Assembly (NCBI GenBank): GCA_907165135.1
Contig: OU015567.1
Span: 10,664,001-10,728,000 of the forward strand
DNA: 64,000 nt
From: Oikopleura dioica
Lineage: Eukaryota > Animalia > Chordata
Direction of reading: 5' to 3'
The number at the start of each line of letters is the position of its first letter. Within the stretch, counting starts at the first letter, position 1. Made by a program: the position numbers and the translations under genes. This document shows positions 56,998-64,000 of this stretch, piece by piece. Below the pieces are notes generated by a model, which worked only from the letters and a program-made list of their open reading frames with translations, searched no databases and was not told where the DNA came from.

Positions 56998-59900
56998 ATG
57001 GAAGATCCAAAGCCGCTTGTCAATCCAGTGGCGGCCACGGTCCAGTCTATCTCTCCACCGCAGGGGCAGGATGTGGCCTCGGTACCAGTGCCAGTTGCCC
57101 CTGCACCCGAAACATCACCACAAAGTAGCAACACGACAACGCAATCTGAAAACACGCCGCCGATTCAAGTGCCAATCAAGCCAAAAGTACTGCCAGCCAT
57201 TCAGCCCCAGCAAGAAAAGAAAAACAGATAAGGTCCGGGTCAACCATAATCTTCAACAAAAGTTCTTTAATTATCATCCGTTGTTGGAATTCCGGGAATT
57301 CCAAGTTGTCTCTCGTCTCATGCACCAGCGGAAGCGCAAGTGCTCGTTCGCGCGTAAAATTACTGAAGTGCGCCCATTGAGATTATACTTTTCAAATCCA
57401 TATCATGATATTAGCTTTCCCTCGGAGCGTGTCCGTACTTAATCTTGGTGACCCTTGAAAACCAGAATTGCCACAACTACCTCAGCTTCTTCAAATAATG
57501 GCAACGCGATTTCCAGAGGCACTGCAGTTTCGGTGCAGCAAAATCAGCAACACCAAACACAGTCGAATCTCGTTCAAATTCCCTCAAATCAACAGTTAAT
57601 CCCTCTCGATGGTTTACAAATGGTCGATGGGCAGCAAGTTAGAATCATCCAACAACCTCAAAATAAGCTCGAAGGCATCACGACTATTTTTAATCGACAG
57701 AATAACCAGGTAACGAGCCCTCACTCTAAATTCGCCTGCATCTCAAAAATATGCTGAAGATTAAGGATTATGGAAAAGCTAGGATCGTGAAGTTTATTTA
57801 TAATTTAGGAGAGCGCGGAAGCTGTGCAAATAGACCGCAACCAAATGGTGGGAATCCAACAACCAGACGGGCAAATCGTGATGGTGATTCCGAACGGACA
57901 ATCGCCCACAAAAACTGCCTCGTTCCAACCACGACTGATCAGCTTATCGGAGGGCCAGATGCTGCCCATTCAGGAAAAAGTCAAAACGACAATTTGCTTC
58001 TTGCACTATAGATAAGCTTATCTAAGGAGCACTTCTGTAGCGCCCTGTCAAATCAGGCAAATGTCAAAATGCCCCGTCGAAAGTGCCACCCGCGACGGCT
58101 AAGATTACAACTTGTTCGCATTAGTCTCGCCAAATCCATCTTCCACAAATTTCGGAGTCGCTCTTTTTATCGATTCCTTGTGGAGATTAAGGTCACCTTT
58201 CTTGTTTTCAAAGCAAATGATCTTTCCAGTGGCCTTCGAGTTTGTGCTAGCGTCAATTCTTTATTTATGAAAGATCATCGTACAGTTTCGGTGCTGAAAA
58301 AATCTTGAAAGTTCGATTTTTGTCTTTTTGGTTCAATCTCTTGGAGACGTGGTATCTATTTATTTTGATAGCTGCGGTGCGCGGCCTTCTTATTATTTTG
58401 GCTCGCCCGGTCGAACAAGAGCCAAACTCTTTCTGCCTGCTTGCATTTCATCCCCTTCGAAATTTCTCCCAAAGGCGGGAAACATGTTTGGGTCCGATGA
58501 ATTCCAAAAAATAGCCTCGAAGCCTTGGCGAGCTTGTTGGCGGCGGGTTTGTTCCGTTCCATGCGAGTGCGCGCAAACCGAGAGGCAGATTAGTTGTAGT
58601 TTAGGGGAGATTCTACCCTCTAGTCAAGTTTCAAGAGTTTTTTTTCGCCCAGTGAAATAGAGAAAGGAAAGGATTATTTTCCTTTTGAATGTAATGGAAG
58701 AACAGTATTGACTTTCAAAAAAAGACGCAATCAATGACGACATCCGCTAGTTTTGGAGAGTCTATAAATCAGGTCAGCATTTTATAACTGCAAATATCTG
58801 AAAGCAAACTGGCATTAAAAATATATTTAACTAAGTTTTAATTCTTAGAAATCTTCGCAGTCGACAATTACACCCAAAAAAGAAGAGAAGATGGAGACAC
58901 AGATGGTAAAATTTCAATATTTTTGCTTTCGATTCAAACGCTTCATAGCAAACTCAACATATCGACTTCGGAAACCAGCAGATTCAACAGATTCCTCTTC
59001 AAATTGTCGATTCGAATGGAAACCAGTTCATGGTCGCGGCTGGAGAAATGATCCAAGGACAACCGATTCAGGCCATCGACGGTAAGTTACCTTGAAATTT
59101 TCTTTTTGGTCGCGATAAAGAAGCTCGGAATTGTTCACCTTGTTAGAAACATAATTACCTAAAGATAAAAAAAAAACTTTGAAGCTAGCGTTATTATTTT
59201 TCTTCTTCAGAAACCTAGTCAGGTGAGACTGATGACGGGCAAGCTAAATTGGGCTAAAATTAACTAAATTGTCGAGTAGTAAATTGGCTCCAAGGCAGTG
59301 TGTCTTTCAATCGTATTCCGCGCTTTGTGTTGCCGTTAGGGGCAAGAGCAATCTCTGCTTCTGAAATAAAAATACGATCTTTCGAGACTCTGCCATAGGC
59401 TCGATTTTTACGAGCCCGAGTCGAGAGACCCCAAGGGCAGCGACATACACCGCCCGATTTGAGAGAAAAAATCAAGTTTTACGAATAATTTTTTATTAAA
59501 GAAGATAAGAGAATATGAAAGTGATTGAGAAATGTTAGAAAATATTGAAAAAAATCAAGAGTTTAGAATAGCCGCACAATTTTTGATTTTGAAGTGACTA
59601 AAATCCAGTAACTGTAAAAAAATAGGAACACCTTTCTAACACCACAAAAGCTTCCTAATGACACTGAGAAAATTATGATACAGTCGGAGTCCTCAGAGTC
59701 AGAACCTGAAAAAGCAGTGCTCCCCCGGAAAAGATTTAATCGCTTTGCTCCCGTTTTTGCGGCTCCCAAAGTCGTTAGAGCGCTGAAAACGTCACAGCAT
59801 GACAAAAGCAAAATGATAAAAACGTCTTCAGGTAATGGTCAGCAGATCATTATGAATCAGCAGGGTCACCAAATGATCCCAGTGCAAATCAACCCGCAGC

Positions 59901-61675
59901 AGATCCAGCCGAGCTCCTACCAATACAGTGAGGAAAATGGCAACCAAGTTCTTGTGACCAGCTCTGACAATCAAATGTACATTGAGGTTCCTCGAGAATC
60001 CTAGAAATGAAATTCTAACCAAGCCCTAGAGACCAAACGAAAGTCAAAAACACAACGATGAAAAGCAATTCGTCAGCCTCTCTACTGTTATGTCCGAGCC
60101 ATCTAAAGTTTCGAATACAACAGTATCGATGAAGACCGAACCTGGCTCTGCATCGTCTACCAGACAGCTTCAGCAAATACAGCCCCAAACAGCGGCGCAA
60201 ATCATCACTGTCCAGGACGAAAAAGGAAACCAACAACAGGTTCTTTACCAGGTAGAGAATCAAGATTGCCTTGATTTTTTCTATCAACTGGTTAAGGTTC
60301 CGCAGCAACAGATTCAGCCCTCACAGCAAATTCTTGTCCAAAATCAGTACGGATACCAGCTACAGGCGGTGCCAATTCAGCTGGTGAACCAACAACAGCA
60401 TCAGCAACAACAGATTGTTATTGTTGAACAAGGAGGTACACGACAGCAGCTCATTCAGGTTCAACCTGATCAGCGAGATCAACCTCCTGCAAAGAAACTA
60501 AGACAAGAGAGGACAATCGATAGAGGTAAAAATATCGGATCACTTCGTGTGAGCAGCATTTTCGTTTAGATATTCCAGCAAAGTCCTCTGCTGTGTTCTT
60601 AGAAATGGCAAAATATTCAGCTGATGATTTTAAAATGTGTACTACACAGGTAAGCATTAGCTCTTTCGGAAACGCTTTTCAGCGATTCGAAAGGGTGATT
60701 AATTGGGTGTCATCGTATTTCAACTAATTATTTCAGTTTTCCAACAAAAAGAACGATGTAAGTACCATCAATTAGAAGTTCGAATTTAGAACTTAGAATA
60801 TTTCTTAGTATGATTCACAAAGTATAACTATACTTATATTTATCTCCTCTTTCACATTTTGATAATGCCATCTTCCATGTTTTATCACAGTCAGTAGTTG
60901 GTTTCTGAGGCACTATTGTCGAAAAAAACCATATGATATGGTCCATATCAAATCATCATCTATCGAACTAATTTGATTATTCTCTTATGATATTTTTAGA
61001 GCTTTGGCACGACTCAACCTGCATCAAGCCACCCTGCCCAAGAAACCAATTACGGTGGCTTTGGAGAGGGTGTTTGCGCAGTCTGTGGCGATCGCGCACG
61101 ATGGCAACATTATGGGGTCCTTGCTTGCGAAGGGTGCAAAGGATTTTTCAAGGTATAATCTAGTACTTTCCGGCAGTAGAATGAATCCATGTCATTCAGC
61201 GATCGGTACAGAAAAACGCCCAGTACGTGTGTTTGGGTAACAAGCAGTGCAATGTTGATAAGAAGACACGCACACACTGCCCTTATTGCCGGTATCAGAA
61301 GTGTATCCGCGTCGGCATGATTAAAAATGGTAAGAAACGAGATTGCTCTACCGTAATTATGGGAGTTTGTTATTATCTGGAGGCCCTTAGCTCTAGCTCT
61401 AGACAAAATTGTTTGCTTCTTGATCATCTTGGTGTCATCTGGTGTCATTTCATATTACTGTTATTTTCGTTCTCATCCTTCATCACATAACATCATTTTA
61501 CAGTAGTCCGGTCAGATAAATCTAAAGGGCAAGGCAAGGGCACAGTGACACTCACCAAGGTACTACCATTTAACTCATGGTAACCGAATGGAATTTAACT
61601 CTCGCGTGTTCAGACGTCACCGCCTCGGGTGGCCGAAATAAACGACAAGTGAAGACTGAAGTGGAGGAAAGCTAG
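56998..61675 (+). CDS. NR4A-like C4 zinc-finger protein with a long Gln-rich N-terminus and no ligand-binding domain
   Basis: [74 protein letters not shown]. All downstream splice options stop by 61675. Upstream Q-rich exons at 56998, 57455, 57824, about 58861, 59675 and 60090; their linkage into one gene is inferred. Confidence 0.75.
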
Positions 61676-62163
61676 TAGCGGAACAACTCGTTCTCCTTGT
61701 ATTAAATACTTACGCTTTATTTAACTGTATAGTTTCATTTTATCATTCGATCTCAAATTTCACTCTACCAGATTGATTAAAAGCGCCTATAAGTGAATGA
61801 ATTAGCAAATAAATTTGCTGTTAAAAGTTCCCCCGCCGCAAAAAAGTTCATCTTCATCGTTTTCTCGGAAACAATCTCAACTGTACCTACTGTACTTTCT
61901 CTGATTTATTGTATCTATCCTAATATCCTGATGTCATTCATTTCTCACACTTGTGCACTATGCAGAACTCATTCAGGAATTTCAATATTTCAAAGTTTTT
62001 AAGCCCAACTGCCATCAAAACCAATTGAATAAATAATATTTTATTGAAGGCCTTTGCAAGGCATATTTTTATCTTCTCTCCAGTATTATTTGGCCAATCC
62101 AGAATCTTTAGTTTTCACTCTTTACCTGATGATTAAACTCTCTTTGAGCGATTTAAAATGAAA

Positions 62164-64000
62164 TCAACGAAGAGATTCATTTTCTTTGACCGAAAAATAA
62201 TTATTCTTACCTGGATGGAAATAATATCTTTGATGAGGCTCCCAGTTAGGCTCGATTTGCATCGTATTTGAATCGACATCGATAAGAATAATGACCTCTC
62301 GCATTCCAAGATCTTGTGAGGTGACATTGAGGACACCATTGTTAATCTGTTTTATCTCGCAGGCAACATAATAATTTAGATCATTCATTTCCCAGTTGTT
62401 TGATCGAATGACAAATCCATTTGATGATGTCGTTGAAATGTTAAGATGCCCGAGTTGACCGGACCATTGACCGACAATGTGTTCGTATGAGTTAGGAATT
62501 GGCCATTGATTTGAAACGAAGTTAGATTTGAACATCATTAAACCATCAAAATCCGAAGAACTGCCATGAATTGTTCCAAGGGTATCACCATGGCTAAAAG
62601 TAACAAGCTGCAGTCCATTTTCTGGATCGCTCCACATGACACGTTTTCTTCCTTTCGTATCGACAGCAGCAGCACCATAACGAGTGATTGATCCTCTGAT
62701 TGTAAGTCGAACAGTATTGATGCCACTAGGATATTATCAAACAGAAATTTCGAATAAAATACTGTACATGAGTGAGATTTGAACTTTGTGGCCAGCAAGT
62801 GTAGTGTATGATCCAGTTATTGAGCTGAAATCTGGCAGTGTGGTCGTGGTTGTAGTCGTGGTCGTGGTTGTGGTCGTGGTCGCTGTCGTTGTCGTTGTGG
62901 TCGTTGTTGTTGTGGTCGTTGTCTTTGTTGTCGTTGTTCTCGTTGTGGTGGTAGTCGTAGTGGTGGTAGTTGTTGTAGTCGTAGTCCTTGTTGTTGTTGA
63001 GGTATCATGTGTGATTATTGTTGTAGTTGTAGTTATTGTAGGAGTTGTAGTTTTTCTTGTTGTTGATGTATCATGTGTGATTCTCACTGTAGTTGTAGTA
63101 AATGAAGTTGTTGTCAAATCGTCAGTAGTTGTAGTCTCTATTCTTTTCGCTATATTTACTGATAAGCCATTTTCTGTGAAGCTTGCAGATGTTCCCAAAC
63201 TGTTTCCAACGAAGCTCCAGCTTTTATTCGTTAATGAGTTCGTGCCAATAATAGTTATGCTGGTGGCGCCAAACGTAACAGATGCATCCTGGATAAGCCC
63301 AGTGAGTGACCCAGCAGTGAATACAAAAATATTCACACCGTCCCTTGCATCATTCTCGTTTATAGAAAGATGGCCGTTTCCGTTGTCAAAATCCCATATC
63401 CCATTAATGATGGCAAATTCAGAGATTGGGAAAAGTGTGGTAGTCTCTGGCTCGACGGTCGTTGTCTCTTGGGCTAAACATAACGAAATTAAAAGGATTA
63501 ATATCATTTTATATATAGTGACAATTGGACTAGTTCAATCATTCAAAGAACGCTTGACCTTTTCGTAGTGAATTAAAGAATTTCGGAACCCGAAAGTTGT
63601 CCAGGCCAGTTCAACCCGGATCATTAGTATGATTTGATTAATTTGCGAAATTTAAGATACATATGATATGTTCTCCCTTTCAGATTTTACCGAAAGTTGT
63701 TGTTCTTGCACTAGTAGTCGTTTTAGTTATAGTCGTTTTAGTCGTTGTCGTCGTTGTCGAAGTTGTAGTTGTTGTCGTAGTTGATGTTGTTGTCAAAGTT
63801 GTTGACGTAGTTCTAGTCGTTGTCGTAGTTGTAGTCGTAGTCGTAGTCGTAGTTGTTGTAGTAGTTGTAGTCGTTGTTGTAGTTGTAGTTGTTGTCGTTG
63901 TGGTAGTTGTTTTCGTTGTCGTCGTAGTCGTAGTTGTTGTAGTCGTTGTTGTAGTTGAAGTCGTAGGCGTAGTCGTAGTTGTTGTCGTAGTTGAAGTTGT
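62164..64000 (-). CDS. Mucin-like secreted protein: beta-rich modules separated by poly-Thr tracts (may extend beyond the window)
   Basis: ORFs 62737-63507 and 62164-62637 plus a Thr-rich frame at 63690-64000. The 3' end is approximate. Confidence 0.7.
62820..63140. repeat. Degenerate (GTN)n trinucleotide array encoding poly-Thr on the minus strand
   Basis: GTT/GTC/GTG/GTA repeats. Confidence 0.9.
63710..64000. repeat. Degenerate (GTN)n trinucleotide array encoding poly-Thr on the minus strand
   Basis: GTT/GTC/GTA repeats running to the window edge. Confidence 0.9.

Noticed and set aside
62786-63568. 260-aa poly-Val ORF on the plus strand
   Set aside because: Antisense reading of the poly-Thr codons (ACN read as GTN frames).

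Overview
Compact eukaryotic (metazoan) genomic DNA with about 40-80 nt introns, some obligate non-GT donors, and very short intergenic gaps. These traits fit the larvacean tunicate Oikopleura (inference from gene structure, not from a database search). From about 1 to 47 kb nearly all genes lie on the minus strand: HRI-like eIF2-alpha kinase, TRAK/Milton, an atypical DUSP, NSUN7, CNOT3, an RRM-Tudor protein, TUBGCP3, parvin, VPS33B, a large low-complexity protein, TXNL1, GPR107/108, RPL4, TMEM62, a PLA2-fold secreted protein and AGMO. Many have unpaired AG acceptors just before the ATG, as expected for SL-trans-spliced operons. The plus-strand end carries a corin-like protease, a glutaminase lacking two catalytic residues, and an NR4A-like zinc-finger gene with no ligand-binding domain, followed by a minus-strand Thr-rich mucin-like gene. 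Three features stand out. (1) A divergent double-homeodomain gene is nested antisense in a CNOT3 intron and split by a 736-bp TTAA foldback transposon whose ends can act as frame-preserving splice sites. (2) A truncated Penelope-like element with 195-bp inverted repeats, each holding a minimal hammerhead ribozyme, has expanded a 40-nt AGMO intron. (3) Two different TTAA-targeting elements are stacked on one shared TTAA. Exon boundaries were read by eye and some are approximate.
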